From NCBI GenBank assembly GCA_017419165.1, contig JAFOLW010000062.1, forward strand, positions 40,922 through 104,921: a stretch of DNA of 64,000 nucleotides, read 5' to 3'. The notes beneath the pieces are model-generated. The model was given only the letters and a program-made list of their open reading frames with translations. It had not been told where the DNA came from and made no database searches. A program made the translations under genes and the position numbers. The stretch is from Erysipelotrichaceae bacterium (GTDB lineage Bacteria > Bacillota_I > Bacilli_A > Erysipelotrichales > Erysipelotrichaceae). Shown in pieces: positions 27,943-38,117 of the stretch. Every line of letters begins with the position of its first letter. Position 1 is the stretch's first letter.

Positions 27943-30576
27943 ATGAAGAAGATACTGTATAAGACAATGATCATCGTTTTGTGTCTGTTCATGATGCCGT
28001 TCATGAGCAGCGCCGTCTTCGCGGAAGAGGAGTCCGGCGTTTTTGAAACAGAACGAAGAAGCGACGAGTACCCGAGCGAAACGATCCGTTCCGCATTCTA
28101 TGTGCTGACCGTGAAAGAGGACCGTTCTCTGGAAGTCCCTTTTGACCGGGACTGGTTCAAAGAGGATGCCCGGAACTATTCCAACGATCTGGCAAAGGCG
28201 TCTCTGGGTCTGGCGACGGCTGCTTTCCGTCCGAAGATCGGAAAGGACGGCATCGATACGCCGACCGATATCAATCTGTCCGAATTTCTGAAGGAAGCAC
28301 ATTTCGAAGATCTGCGCAGCGATGACTACGATAAGAACCCCAGCATCTACACCGTCTCGACCGTCATGGGTCACCAGAGGATCGGGCAGGGAGCGGACAG
28401 TTTCGAACTGATCGCCGTCGGTGTCTGCGGACAGGGTTATCTCGATGAGTGGGAATCCAACTTCTCCATCGGTACCGGCGAGGTCCACGAAGGCTTCGAC
28501 CGTTCGGCCGGACTTGTCTATGACCGTATCTTCGGCTACATCGCCAGCCACGACTTGAAAGGTCCTCTGAAGATCTGGATGTCCGGATTTTCAAGGGCTG
28601 CCGCGGTCTCCAACATCACAGCCGCAAGGCTGAGTGAATCGCCGGTCTTTTCGCAGGAGAGCGTCTTTGCCTATACGTTCGCGACACCGCGGACCGTAAG
28701 AGATGAGGATGCGGGCAGATATCAGAACATCTTCAACATCGTCGGCAAGACCGATCCGGTCCCGAACGTTCCGTTCGCCGACTGGGGGTTCCGCCGCTAC
28801 GGCAGATCGCTGTATCTGCCGGCACCGGAGACCGACTCCGATTATTATGAGAAACGGAAGAAAGCCAACGAAGTCTATAAGAAACTGACCGGTATCGATT
28901 ACTGGTATAATCTCGAGTCCGATTATGCGCTCAAGACCATCCTGGCATATTGCCTGGAGTTGAGCCCGACCGTCGAGGTCTATGCCGCAACGCTGCAGGA
29001 TAAGCTCATCGGCATGTGGGCAGACCGTTCGCCGGTCAACATCACCAAAAACCTGCTGGAACTGGCCAACGATCCGGTATTGATCAATGATGAGAACCGA
29101 TACCAGGCCAACCATCTTCTGGATTACATCTCGGGTTTTGCGATGGCCTATATCAACGACAGCAGTATCTTCCGCAGCTGGAACCCGACGGCGTCTTTAG
29201 GCGCCAACATGTTACAGGCACACACGCCGGAACTCTATGTCTCCTGGGTCTTCTCGATACAGGACGATGAAGATTTTTTTGACGCAGACAACGATTATTC
29301 GGAGCTCTATATCAGCAGTACGGATACCGTTTCCCTGATCCGGGACGGCAAAGTCATCGAGACCTTTGAAGCACTTTATGGGCCGGATGCCACGCAGCAG
29401 GAAATAGCGAGAGCCGAACGGCAGGCGAAGACACCGGAAGGAAACGTCTATCTGCGCTATGTGGAGTATTCACTCATGTGTGTCCTGCCTCGCGACAGCG
29501 AGTACAGTATCCGCGTGCCGGCTTCCAACGGTGACAATTATTTCAGTGTCCTGCAGCTGGATTACAACGTAGAGAGCCAGGTGCCGACAAAGACGATCTG
29601 GTATGATTATACGATCGACGAGGGCGACGCGATGACGGTCGTCCTGGATCCGGACGGAGAGACGAGATTCGTTACCGACAAGCCTTTGGTCAAGGAAAAA
29701 CTCAACTTCAAAGATGATCTGCAGTTTGATGTCTCGCTCATCGTTTCCATGACCAGGACAAAAAACCTTTTCTCTCTGCCGTGGCGTACCGCCGCGATCG
29801 GCATGATCTCGGTCACGATGTTCATCTTTACGCTGCTTCTGTTCCTGCTGACGTACCTTGTCAGCAAGACCCGCTACTCCCGACAGAAGAAAAAGGGGCG
29901 TTTGCCGAAAGACAGCACCTACAGCGTCTTACCGATCGCAAGTGCGTACACCGTCTTCTTTGTCTTCATCATCAAGGAGTTCTTCAACGCCCTGCATCCG
30001 GAGGATAAGGGACCGACGCTTCTGTTCAAGCTGGCCGTTGCAGCGGTCGCGCTGTTAAGCGCTCATGTCGGATATCACAGAAGGAAGCAGAAATTGTTCC
30101 GCCGCCTGTTCAACGCACTGATCATCCTGACCTTTGCCGATGTCATCATGACGCTCGACATGCTGCTGGGCGGGATCTTGCATATCGCCGCTTACATTTA
30201 TCTGACCTGCAGTTACTGGTCGGAAGAAAAGCCGGACCGGAAGCAGATCATCGCCTGGGCGATCCTGTCTTTGCTCGGGATCGTCGCCGTGATGCTGGTC
30301 GAAGGGCACTTCGGTGTCATGCGCTTTCTGGCAGTCGCCTATCTTGTGGTGGCTTCCGCCATGGTGTGCAGCTGTTTCTCGCTGCCGCGGAACGTCTTCA
30401 CCGGTTCTCTGCTGCTGTTCGTCGGAGGCATCCTGCTGATGAACAACGAAGTCAAAGGCACGACCTTCTTGTCCCACATCCTGTCACTGGGCACTTACTA
30501 TGCGGCCGTCCTTGTCTTGGCTTGTTCGGGCATCCGGATGTCGCGGCACAGGAAAGGGGAAGAGGCTGCGTCATAA
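27943..30576 (+). CDS. Secreted class-3-lipase-like alpha/beta hydrolase fused to a C-terminal polytopic YhhN-like membrane domain (paralog B)
   Basis: Same architecture as 5316-7850. Candidate triad: GFSRA (Ser 28591-28593), DPVPNVP (Asp 28753-28755) and HTPELY (His 29230-29232). TM region from ~29797. Confidence 0.8.
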   Translation: MKKILYKTMIIVLCLFMMPFMSSAVFAEEESGVFETERRSDEYPSETIRSAFYVLTVKEDRSLEVPFDRDWFKEDARNYSNDLAKASLGLATAAFRPKIGKDGIDTPTDINLSEFLKEAHFEDLRSDDYDKNPSIYTVSTVMGHQRIGQGADSFELIAVGVCGQGYLDEWESNFSIGTGEVHEGFDRSAGLVYDRIFGYIASHDLKGPLKIWMSGFSRAAAVSNITAARLSESPVFSQESVFAYTFATPRTVRDEDAGRYQNIFNIVGKTDPVPNVPFADWGFRRYGRSLYLPAPETDSDYYEKRKKANEVYKKLTGIDYWYNLESDYALKTILAYCLELSPTVEVYAATLQDKLIGMWADRSPVNITKNLLELANDPVLINDENRYQANHLLDYISGFAMAYINDSSIFRSWNPTASLGANMLQAHTPELYVSWVFSIQDDEDFFDADNDYSELYISSTDTVSLIRDGKVIETFEALYGPDATQQEIARAERQAKTPEGNVYLRYVEYSLMCVLPRDSEYSIRVPASNGDNYFSVLQLDYNVESQVPTKTIWYDYTIDEGDAMTVVLDPDGETRFVTDKPLVKEKLNFKDDLQFDVSLIVSMTRTKNLFSLPWRTAAIGMISVTMFIFTLLLFLLTYLVSKTRYSRQKKKGRLPKDSTYSVLPIASAYTVFFVFIIKEFFNALHPEDKGPTLLFKLAVAAVALLSAHVGYHRRKQKLFRRLFNALIILTFADVIMTLDMLLGGILHIAAYIYLTCSYWSEEKPDRKQIIAWAILSLLGIVAVMLVEGHFGVMRFLAVAYLVVASAMVCSCFSLPRNVFTGSLLLFVGGILLMNNEVKGTTFLSHILSLGTYYAAVLVLACSGIRMSRHRKGEEAAS

Positions 30577-30589
30577 ACAAAACACAAAG

Positions 30590-30618
30590 GGGCTGTTACG
30601 AAAAGTCAGTAACAGCCC
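30590..30618 (+). terminator. Hairpin terminator after paralog B
   Basis: 10-bp stem gggctgttac/gtaacagccc. The downstream tract is only moderately T-rich. Confidence 0.5.
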
Positions 30619-30656
30619 TGTTCATTTCCGTTTGTACAACACCATCATGTGACAAG

Positions 30657-30690
30657 AAAAAGCTTCGGCGTTTCAGCGCTGAAGCTTTTT
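30657..30690. terminator. Bidirectional terminator
   Basis: aaaaagcttc-g-gcg / cgc-t-gaagcttttt hairpin with A- and T-runs on either side. Confidence 0.7.
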
Positions 30691-30700
30691 AAAGCAGAAC

Positions 30701-33700
30701 TTATTCTTCCTCTTCTTCTTTGCGCCGTAATATGGCAAACAGCAGAAGCAGGAGGAGACCGATGATGAATAGTGCCGGCAAGACGATCAGCCACGGGAAG
30801 GAGGATCCGGCTTCCTGCTGCGGCGTCACCGCTTCCGGCGTTTCCGTCTGCGGGGTCTCTTCGCTCTTGTTTTCAGCCGGTGTTTCCGGTTTGATCTCTT
30901 CTTTCTTTTCTTCTTCTTTTGCCGGTCTGATCTCCGGTGCCGTGTGCGGTACTTCGGTCACGTAAGTCACCGGGATCTTATAGTCGCCGTCGATCGGTTC
31001 GTGCTCGTAGGCCGGTGTTTCAGGTTCAGGCTCAGGCTTGGGCTGCGGCGTCGGATCCGAAGGTGCACTGCCGCTGTTGAAGATCTTGGAGAAATCCTGG
31101 ATGTAGATCTCTTCCAGGGAACGGAAGCTGACGAAACGGGTCGAGCCGAGATCTTCGACGGACTCGCCGTCCAGAAGGATGTAGGCTTTGAGGTTCTTGT
31201 GTCCGTGCTGGCACCAGACGCCTTCAATGTCGCTGTATTCCGAGTTCTTCGTGTGGCCGCCCGGGATGGACATCGTCTCTTCGCGGATCTTTTCGCCGGT
31301 GTCGGCATCCACGATGACCGTGCGGACCGTTTTTTCAGCGAAACCTTCGTTTCTGATTGACCAGTGCAAGATCTCGTTCATATAGACCAGCTCATGATCG
31401 TAGGTGACGGCGATGTCACCGGTCCCCAGCGTCAGATCGTAGGAGCCGATCGGTTCCCTGCCGGATGCAGCAGCGGCCATCGCGAAGGTCTGCGCCTCAT
31501 CGGAACAGTTTTCATCCAGATATAAGGAAGCATTCACTTCGCCGCTCTTACCCGGCTGCAAGTCGGCGGAAAGGGTCGTGAAGTATTCTCCGTCCTTGTA
31601 CAGGTCGACGGAAGTGACCGGATATAAGCCCTCATTGAGGATTTGCAAGGTGAACGGGATCTGCTTGCCTTTTCTTGCCTCGTTTTCTTCATCGAAGCTG
31701 CCGTCGATGATCTCCAGGCGACTGTTCGACCTTCTGGCTTTGACATAGAGATCGGCGGTCGTATCGATGAAACGCGGATCATCTTCGCTCAGCGCAAAAC
31801 TCTTGAGTCCCGCAAAACATTCCGAACCGCTGTCGGCGGACAGGAAATTCGATGCGTCGGTATCTTCCGGATCGTAAGCCGTCTGATAGTTCTGTACGGC
31901 ATAGAAGAGGACCGGTTCATCTTCTTTGGTGAAAGTCAATGCCGTATCACTGACCGAGGCATTTTCTTCGATGTCGGTCAGATCGGACTTGGCCCAGTTA
32001 GTCCCGCCGTCGGTGGAGAAGATCGCATAGGCGTTCTCGCTGCTGTCTTTCGAAACGGTACCCATCAGTACGACGTAGGAAGAACCGTAACATCCGTAGA
32101 GCTTGTAGTCGCTGCTCGGGATCTTCAGGTCATCCGGTGTGATCTGCAGGATCGAATAGTCTTCGCTCAGGCCGTAGAGTTTCCAGTTCTCCATCCAGGT
32201 CAGGATGGCACCGGAAGAACCGCGGTCGAGGAAGCGGGCATTGTATGCGTTGTCGCGTTCGAAGACTTTTTCGCCGTCTTGGAACATGGCGATCTTGTCG
32301 GTCTTGTTTCCGCTTTCATCGGCAGCCGAATACGACAGGGCGAAAGAATCGGTACCGCCGAAGGATTTTCCGTCCAGTTCCCGGATGGCACCGGTCAAAG
32401 AGAACTGCAGTTCATTTTCCCACTGTCCGTCTTCCTGCATGACGGCCTTATAGACGTCGTGGTTCCCGTACGGATCCAAAGAAAGCGGATCGTTGACATC
32501 GGCCAGATAGTAGGCGACCGTCGGTGTTCCGGACTCTCCGTCAAAGATCTTGGCCCCGGCAGCGAACACGTCTTCTTCGTTCCCGGCGTATTCGGTGATG
32601 CGGGAAACGGAGTCCCAGTCACGGCCGACATAGTGTTTTGCGAACCAGAGATCGGTATTGGCGGCGATCTGCGCAATGCTGGAAGATTCATCGAGATCTT
32701 TCACGGCGTTGCGCCAGATCAGATAGGCGTTGCCGTCATGGCTGCGGTAGGAATACGGATCGAAGTCCGCAGTCGTATCGTTTTCGACGATCCAGGCCGG
32801 ATCGGAGAGGAAGTCCTTGTTCTCATCGAAATAGAAGTTCATCAGTCTTGAGCGGTTGCCGTTGTATCTGGACGGATCGGAAGCCAGGAAGACGATGTTG
32901 TTCTGTAAGATGTTGGCGGAAGAGGTATCGACGACCTGGAGGCGGCTGTCCGGATAGATCTCCGATGCGATCAGGTGTTCGAAGTCCGGGTCGTCTTCAT
33001 AAGAAGTCAGAAGGTCGGGATCGTCACCGTGCGTGTACCATTGACCGATGCTGTCGGGTTCGTCGATCTTGCCGGAAGAGGAAGCGTATTTGCCTGCCAG
33101 AAGCATCTCGTCGATATTGGCCTGCTGATAGAAATTGAGCAGGCCTTTTTTTCTGTCGCGCACGAAATCGTGGCTTCCGGAAACGATGGCGTAGGAGAAT
33201 AACGTCCTGGAGAAAAGCTTGACTTTGAATCCGGCTTCCCCGGCCAGGACCAGCGAATCCATTTCGGTCTTCGGATAGAAGATCGTATAGCCGCCCATCG
33301 AACCGGCGCCGTAGATGCCGATGCTGGCAAGAGAGGACAGGCCCAGTCCGCCGTAGAGTTCCAGCGATGTTTTGAAGCCGATGCCGAAGCGGTCGACGAG
33401 GAAGTCGGAATACTTGCTTTTGGCTTCGTCGTATTTGAATTCAAACTGCAATACGCCGTTGGCGCCGCCCGTGACGGTGACCGACCAGGTCAGTATCGCA
33501 TACTGTCCTTCGGCCGCAAAGCCGGTACCGATGAAGACGTTGAGTTCGCCTTTCAAAGGATCCTTGGTATAGGAATTGCCCTGTACCCAGCCGGCGGCAT
33601 CGAAGATCAGACCCATATCGGAACCTTCGACTGCGCTGCGCTTCTTGCTGTCGCCGTAGAAGGCTTTCTCCAGGTCACTGCCGGTCGCACCGGTACCGAT

Positions 33701-34333
33701 ATTGCCGTTTGCCGCATCTTTCCAGAAAGAAGTATTGGTGGAGTTGATGCCGATGCCCAAGACGAAGCGTCCGTCGGTATAGGCTTTGGCGCTGATCGGT
33801 AAGAAATACGGCGGCAGGTTGAAATTCATGCCGGGAAGCAGTTCATCCATTGGAAGGGTGATCGCGGAATCGTATTCGGAATCGATCTTCTCCGGAAAGC
33901 TTTGCGAGAGTTTGCCTTCGTTGACCCGGACCGTCAGCAGACGGTTGGAGACGTTGCTTCCGGACTTGTCGAAGACGCAAAGATAAAGAGGGATGCCGAC
34001 ACGGAGCTGAACGGTATCGATGTCAAAAGACGGGGATGAAGAGGAAATGATCTCGCTGTGCTGTCTGGCGGCAGCGTCGTACTGGACCAGGTGGTAGGAG
34101 AATTCTCCCGTTTCGGTCATCTCGACGTCGAAATGCAGATCCTGCATCACATCGCCGTCGAGTTCCGCGACCTGATATAAGACGTTTTTCGTGATCTCTT
34201 CTTCGCCTTCCCGATAGGTCACGAGGACCTTTGCTGCGGTCAGAGAAACAGTGTCTTCAGCCAGGATGGTATTGGCGGACAGAAGCAGAAGGCAAAGGAC
34301 AGAAAGAAGAGTTTTTGTAAGAGTTCTTTTCAT
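30701..34333 (-). CDS. Large (~1210 aa) secreted, C-terminally membrane-anchored surface protein with one BNR/Asp-box and CARDB-like Ig domains
   Basis: Signal peptide MKRTLTKTLLSVLCLLLLSANTILA (ATG 34333 is better spaced from the GGAG SD than ATG 34342). Asp-box STDGGTNW (31994-32017). P/E-rich linker, one C-terminal TM helix and an RRKEEEEE tail. No LPXTG motif. Confidence 0.85.
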   Translation of the reverse strand: MKRTLTKTLLSVLCLLLLSANTILAEDTVSLTAAKVLVTYREGEEEITKNVLYQVAELDGDVMQDLHFDVEMTETGEFSYHLVQYDAAARQHSEIISSSSPSFDIDTVQLRVGIPLYLCVFDKSGSNVSNRLLTVRVNEGKLSQSFPEKIDSEYDSAITLPMDELLPGMNFNLPPYFLPISAKAYTDGRFVLGIGINSTNTSFWKDAANGNIGTGATGSDLEKAFYGDSKKRSAVEGSDMGLIFDAAGWVQGNSYTKDPLKGELNVFIGTGFAAEGQYAILTWSVTVTGGANGVLQFEFKYDEAKSKYSDFLVDRFGIGFKTSLELYGGLGLSSLASIGIYGAGSMGGYTIFYPKTEMDSLVLAGEAGFKVKLFSRTLFSYAIVSGSHDFVRDRKKGLLNFYQQANIDEMLLAGKYASSSGKIDEPDSIGQWYTHGDDPDLLTSYEDDPDFEHLIASEIYPDSRLQVVDTSSANILQNNIVFLASDPSRYNGNRSRLMNFYFDENKDFLSDPAWIVENDTTADFDPYSYRSHDGNAYLIWRNAVKDLDESSSIAQIAANTDLWFAKHYVGRDWDSVSRITEYAGNEEDVFAAGAKIFDGESGTPTVAYYLADVNDPLSLDPYGNHDVYKAVMQEDGQWENELQFSLTGAIRELDGKSFGGTDSFALSYSAADESGNKTDKIAMFQDGEKVFERDNAYNARFLDRGSSGAILTWMENWKLYGLSEDYSILQITPDDLKIPSSDYKLYGCYGSSYVVLMGTVSKDSSENAYAIFSTDGGTNWAKSDLTDIEENASVSDTALTFTKEDEPVLFYAVQNYQTAYDPEDTDASNFLSADSGSECFAGLKSFALSEDDPRFIDTTADLYVKARRSNSRLEIIDGSFDEENEARKGKQIPFTLQILNEGLYPVTSVDLYKDGEYFTTLSADLQPGKSGEVNASLYLDENCSDEAQTFAMAAAASGREPIGSYDLTLGTGDIAVTYDHELVYMNEILHWSIRNEGFAEKTVRTVIVDADTGEKIREETMSIPGGHTKNSEYSDIEGVWCQHGHKNLKAYILLDGESVEDLGSTRFVSFRSLEEIYIQDFSKIFNSGSAPSDPTPQPKPEPEPETPAYEHEPIDGDYKIPVTYVTEVPHTAPEIRPAKEEEKKEEIKPETPAENKSEETPQTETPEAVTPQQEAGSSFPWLIVLPALFIIGLLLLLLFAILRRKEEEEE

Positions 34334-34462
34334 ACCGGTCATCTCCGTTGATGTTTATTGTTTATAAATATGACTGATTTTATTTTAAATCCTCGCTTGT
34401 AAAAAAGCATATAAGAGAATATGAAAAAAGATAATTTATAATGAAAGTAAAGAGGTGTTCCT

Positions 34463-35473
34463 ATGTCCAAGATCCTGATCATTCATACGGGCGGTACCAT
34501 CGGCATGACGAAGACGCCCGAAGGCTATAAGCCCGACGGCACGTATTTCAAGGATGCGGTCTTTCATATGGATTCTTTGAAAGCGGAGAAGATGCCGGAG
34601 TGGGACTTCCTGGAGCTCGATCCCCTGCTGGACTCTTCCCGGATGGGCTTGAAAGAGTGGAACCGAATCGGCAGGCTGATCGCTGATCATTATACATCCT
34701 ATGACGGTTTCGTCATCCTGCACGGCACGGATACGATGGCTTACAGCGCCTCCGCTTTGTCGTTCATGTTGAAGGGTTTGAAAAAGCCGGTCATCCTGAC
34801 TGGTTCGCAGATCCCCTTATGCGAAGTGCGCAGCGACGGAAGAGACAATCTGATCACTTCGATGCTGATCGCGGGAGAAGGGAGAGTGAAGGAAGTCTGC
34901 ATCTACTTCGGCGGACTGCTGCTGCGGGGCAACCGCGCCAGCAAGTATTCGGCCACGGGCATGCAGGCCTTTGAGAGCCCCAACTATCCCATCCTGGCAA
35001 AGGCCGGGATCTACGTACAGTACAACGAGTCCGCGTTTCTGAAAGAAAGAGATGAGGACTTTGAATTCGTTGCGTTCAAAGATGTGCCGATCGGCATGAT
35101 CAAGATCTTTCCGGGTTTCCGCTTCGAGCTCTTCGAGTCCCTGCTGACGGAAAAGCTGAAGGGCATCGTCGTCGAGACTTTCGGTTCGGGCAACATCCCG
35201 GATGACAACGGCGTCCTGATCCCGATGCTCCGCAAGGCAAAAGAAAAAGGCGTCATCTTCGTGGTCTGTTCCCAATGCCCGCAGGCAACGGTCGATATGG
35301 ATGCCTATGAAGCCGGCAGTGCCTTGAAAAAAGCCGGCGCTCTGTCCGGCAGGGATATGACTTCGGAAGCCGCGGTCGCCAAGCTGTATTATCTGTTCAG
35401 TGTCTGTGAAGACGCGGAGCGAATCAAAGAGGCGATGGAACAGGATCTGCGCGGCGAGATGAGCGTCAATTAA
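34463..35473 (+). CDS. ansA: L-asparaginase, type I (cytoplasmic)
   Basis: ILIIHTGGTIGM, HGTDTM, and no signal peptide. Confidence 0.9.
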   Translation: MSKILIIHTGGTIGMTKTPEGYKPDGTYFKDAVFHMDSLKAEKMPEWDFLELDPLLDSSRMGLKEWNRIGRLIADHYTSYDGFVILHGTDTMAYSASALSFMLKGLKKPVILTGSQIPLCEVRSDGRDNLITSMLIAGEGRVKEVCIYFGGLLLRGNRASKYSATGMQAFESPNYPILAKAGIYVQYNESAFLKERDEDFEFVAFKDVPIGMIKIFPGFRFELFESLLTEKLKGIVVETFGSGNIPDDNGVLIPMLRKAKEKGVIFVVCSQCPQATVDMDAYEAGSALKKAGALSGRDMTSEAAVAKLYYLFSVCEDAERIKEAMEQDLRGEMSVN

Positions 35474-35486
35474 ACGATCAAAAATC

Positions 35487-35522
35487 AAACGGGGGCTTAA
35501 GATAAAGGGTCCCCGTTTTTTC
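35487..35522 (+). terminator. ansA intrinsic terminator
   Basis: Stem aacggggg(c)/(g)gtccccgtt followed by TTTTTT. Confidence 0.7.
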
Positions 35523-35585
35523 TGAAGGAGATACTGCAGCGGCGCCGTGCGGCAGAGCCGATGAAGTGAAAAGCGGAACTTACAG

Positions 35586-36503
35586 CTACCGCGTTTTCTG
35601 AAGCAAGGCGAGTGCTTCCTTGTCGGAGTAGATATACTCGGAAGCATCCGCTTTTTTGTTTCTGCGGGCCTGCCTGTTTTGTTTTTTCCGGTATTCGTCC
35701 GGACTCATGGAGAAGACTTCCCTGAAGGCAGCCGTCATGTATTTGAGTTCGGAAAAACCGCTGCCGGCAGCCACTTCGGACAAAGTCAGTGACGGATCGG
35801 CGATCATCCGCACGGCAGCGCCTAAACGCTTTTCCTTGAGATATTCCTGGAAGGTCATCCCGAAGTGTTCGGAGATGAAGTGGGAAAGGTGGGTGACGGT
35901 GATCCCTTCGCTTCGGGCGATATCAGACAGGCGGATCTGATCCTGGTAGTTGTTGTCGATGTATGCGGCGATGCGGTCGATCCGGCGGTTGTATTTTTTC
36001 CGCTTGGAGTATTCCGTTTCACTGAGCTTTTCGGTCTTCATCGATCCGTAGAGGAGAGAAAGGATCAGCGAAAGATCGGATATGCATTGAAGTTCAAAAA
36101 GATCTCCGGAAGTGAAATAGATCTTCGCCAGATGCAGGATGAGACCGGTGAACTTCACGTAGTCTTTTTCGGAAAGGCAGTTACGCGGATCGTTGTCCAG
36201 GAAGACCGTGTTCCTTATCGCATAAAAATAGTCGCGAAGGAAGTGATTGGAAAACTGGATGATGAGAAAGGTGACCGATCCGTCGTAAGAGATGATCTCG
36301 TGGCTCTCGTAGGCGTTGATCAGGATGCTGTCGCCGGGGCCGACTTCACGTTTCGCATTGCGGATATTGACGTTCCCTTTTCCGTCGATGACGAAAAGCA
36401 GCTCCATGTCATGGTGCATGTGTAAGGAGCGCATGTGGATGGCGTTGACGAAGACGCGCATGTCCTTGATCTTGTCGTGCCGGATTATCTCATATTCGAT
36501 CAT
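35586..36503 (-). CDS. AraC-family transcriptional regulator (cupin sensor + HTH), divergent from xylB
   Basis: N-terminal cupin-like region, C-terminal AraC HTH (IARSEGITVTHLSHFISEHFGMTFQEYL...). ATG 36503 is preferred (see promoter entry). The track's longer ORF covers the promoter. Confidence 0.8.
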   Translation of the reverse strand: MIEYEIIRHDKIKDMRVFVNAIHMRSLHMHHDMELLFVIDGKGNVNIRNAKREVGPGDSILINAYESHEIISYDGSVTFLIIQFSNHFLRDYFYAIRNTVFLDNDPRNCLSEKDYVKFTGLILHLAKIYFTSGDLFELQCISDLSLILSLLYGSMKTEKLSETEYSKRKKYNRRIDRIAAYIDNNYQDQIRLSDIARSEGITVTHLSHFISEHFGMTFQEYLKEKRLGAAVRMIADPSLTLSEVAAGSGFSELKYMTAAFREVFSMSPDEYRKKQNRQARRNKKADASEYIYSDKEALALLQKTR

Positions 36504-36510
36504 CAGCCTC

Positions 36511-36519
36511 ATTATAACA
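36511..36519 (-). promoter_or_regulatory. Extended -10 promoter element (TGTTATAAT) for the AraC regulator
   Basis: Minus-strand TGTTATAAT. The hexamer ends exactly 7 nt before ATG 36503, which is compatible with a leaderless mRNA. Confidence 0.4.
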
Positions 36520-36616
36520 AAAATCGCAAGATTGTCGTTTGAACAACAAAGGATAATCATTTTATGGGAAGCTGATTTTTCATAATATAAGATCAGGAAA
36601 ACAAGGAGTCTATCAT

Positions 36617-38095
36617 ATGTATTACATTGGTATCGATCTTGGCACGTCTGCGGTCAAATTGCTGCTGGTCAATGAGAAGGGGGAGATCGTCCGTTCGGTC
36701 TCGAAAGACTATCCTCTTTACTTTCCCGCGTCCGGCTGGTCGCAGCAGGAACCTTCGGACTGGTGGAAGGCCGTATCCGAAGGCCTGGATGAGCTGCTGG
36801 AAAAAGTCAGCAGAAGCGAAGTGAGGACGATCGGCTGCGGCGGACAGATGCACGGTCTGGTCATCCTGGATGAGAACGACGAGGTCATACGGCCCTGCAT
36901 CCTGTGGAACGACGGACGTACGGATAAGCAGACCGCGTATCTAAACGAAGTCATCGGCAAAGATAAGCTGAACGGATATACAGCCAACATCGCGTTTGCC
37001 GGATTCACGGCACCGAAGATCCTCTGGGTGAGAGACAACGAACCGGAGAATTTCAAAAGGATCAGGAAGATCATGCTGCCGAAAGACTACATCAACTATC
37101 TTCTGACCGGCGTCTTTTCGAGCGACTATTCCGATGCTTCGGGGACCTTGCTGCTGGATGTGAAAAACAAGTGCTGGTCCAAAGAGATGCTGAAGATCTG
37201 TTCGCTGAAAGAGGAACAGCTGCCGAAACTCTATGAAAGCTATGAAGTGACGGGCACTTTGAAGAAAGACGTCGCTGAGCGTTTCGGTCTGGATCCGCAG
37301 GTCAAAGTCGTTGCCGGAGCCGGTGACAATGCGGCGGCGGCGATCGGCACGGGAACGGTGCGTGACGGGTCCTGTAATATTTCCCTGGGAACAAGCGGGA
37401 CGGTCTTTATCTGTTCGGACACGTTCAAGGAAAACAGGAACAACGCCATCCACAACTTCGCCCATGCCAACGGAAAATACCATCTGATGGGCTGCATCTT
37501 GTCGGCGGCATCATGCAACAAATGGTTCTGCGAAGAGGTGCTGAAAAACAACGACTATCAAAGCCTTCAGGAAGAGATCTCGAATGAGATGCTGGGAAGA
37601 AACGACGTCTATTTCCTTCCGTATCTGATGGGGGAGCGAAGCCCGATCAACGATACGGATGCCAGGGGCATGTTCATCGGCATGGACATGTCAAGCAGCC
37701 GGAGCGACATGTATCTGGCGGTCCTGGAAGGCGTTGCCTTTGCGATCCGGGACTGTCTTGAGGTAGCAAAGGAGCTCGGCATCGATATCGAAGTCTCCAA
37801 GATCTGCGGCGGCGGATCGAAGTCTTCGCTCTGGCGAAAGATCATCGCTAACGTCCTGGGCATAAGACTGGCGATCCCGGTATCGGAAGAAGGTCCGGGC
37901 TACGGCGCGGCGATGCTGGGAATGGCCGCCGACGGCTTGTATGAAAGCGTCGAAGACTGTGCGGATGACCTTGTCCGGGTAAAGGGCTATGAAGAGACCG
38001 ATGAAGAACTGGTAAGACGTTACGAAGAACGGTACGCGAAATTCAGAAAGATCTATCCGAGTGTGAAACAGCTGTTTAAACAGCTTCAGAAATAA
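36617..38095 (+). CDS. xylB: Xylulokinase
   Basis: FGGY kinase N-terminus [22 protein letters not shown]. Directly upstream of xylA. Confidence 0.9.
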   Translation: MYYIGIDLGTSAVKLLLVNEKGEIVRSVSKDYPLYFPASGWSQQEPSDWWKAVSEGLDELLEKVSRSEVRTIGCGGQMHGLVILDENDEVIRPCILWNDGRTDKQTAYLNEVIGKDKLNGYTANIAFAGFTAPKILWVRDNEPENFKRIRKIMLPKDYINYLLTGVFSSDYSDASGTLLLDVKNKCWSKEMLKICSLKEEQLPKLYESYEVTGTLKKDVAERFGLDPQVKVVAGAGDNAAAAIGTGTVRDGSCNISLGTSGTVFICSDTFKENRNNAIHNFAHANGKYHLMGCILSAASCNKWFCEEVLKNNDYQSLQEEISNEMLGRNDVYFLPYLMGERSPINDTDARGMFIGMDMSSSRSDMYLAVLEGVAFAIRDCLEVAKELGIDIEVSKICGGGSKSSLWRKIIANVLGIRLAIPVSEEGPGYGAAMLGMAADGLYESVEDCADDLVRVKGYEETDEELVRRYEERYAKFRKIYPSVKQLFKQLQK

Positions 38096-38117
38096 TAAAA
38101 AAGAGAAGGAGAAAACG

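Noticed and set aside
31643-32851. 402-aa plus-strand ORF antisense to the large surface-protein gene
   Set aside because: Shadow ORF. The minus-strand frame has a signal peptide, an Asp-box and a TM anchor.
36504-36560. 19-codon N-terminal extension of the AraC ORF
   Set aside because: It contains the TGTTATAAT promoter element, and there is no SD for the upstream ATGs.
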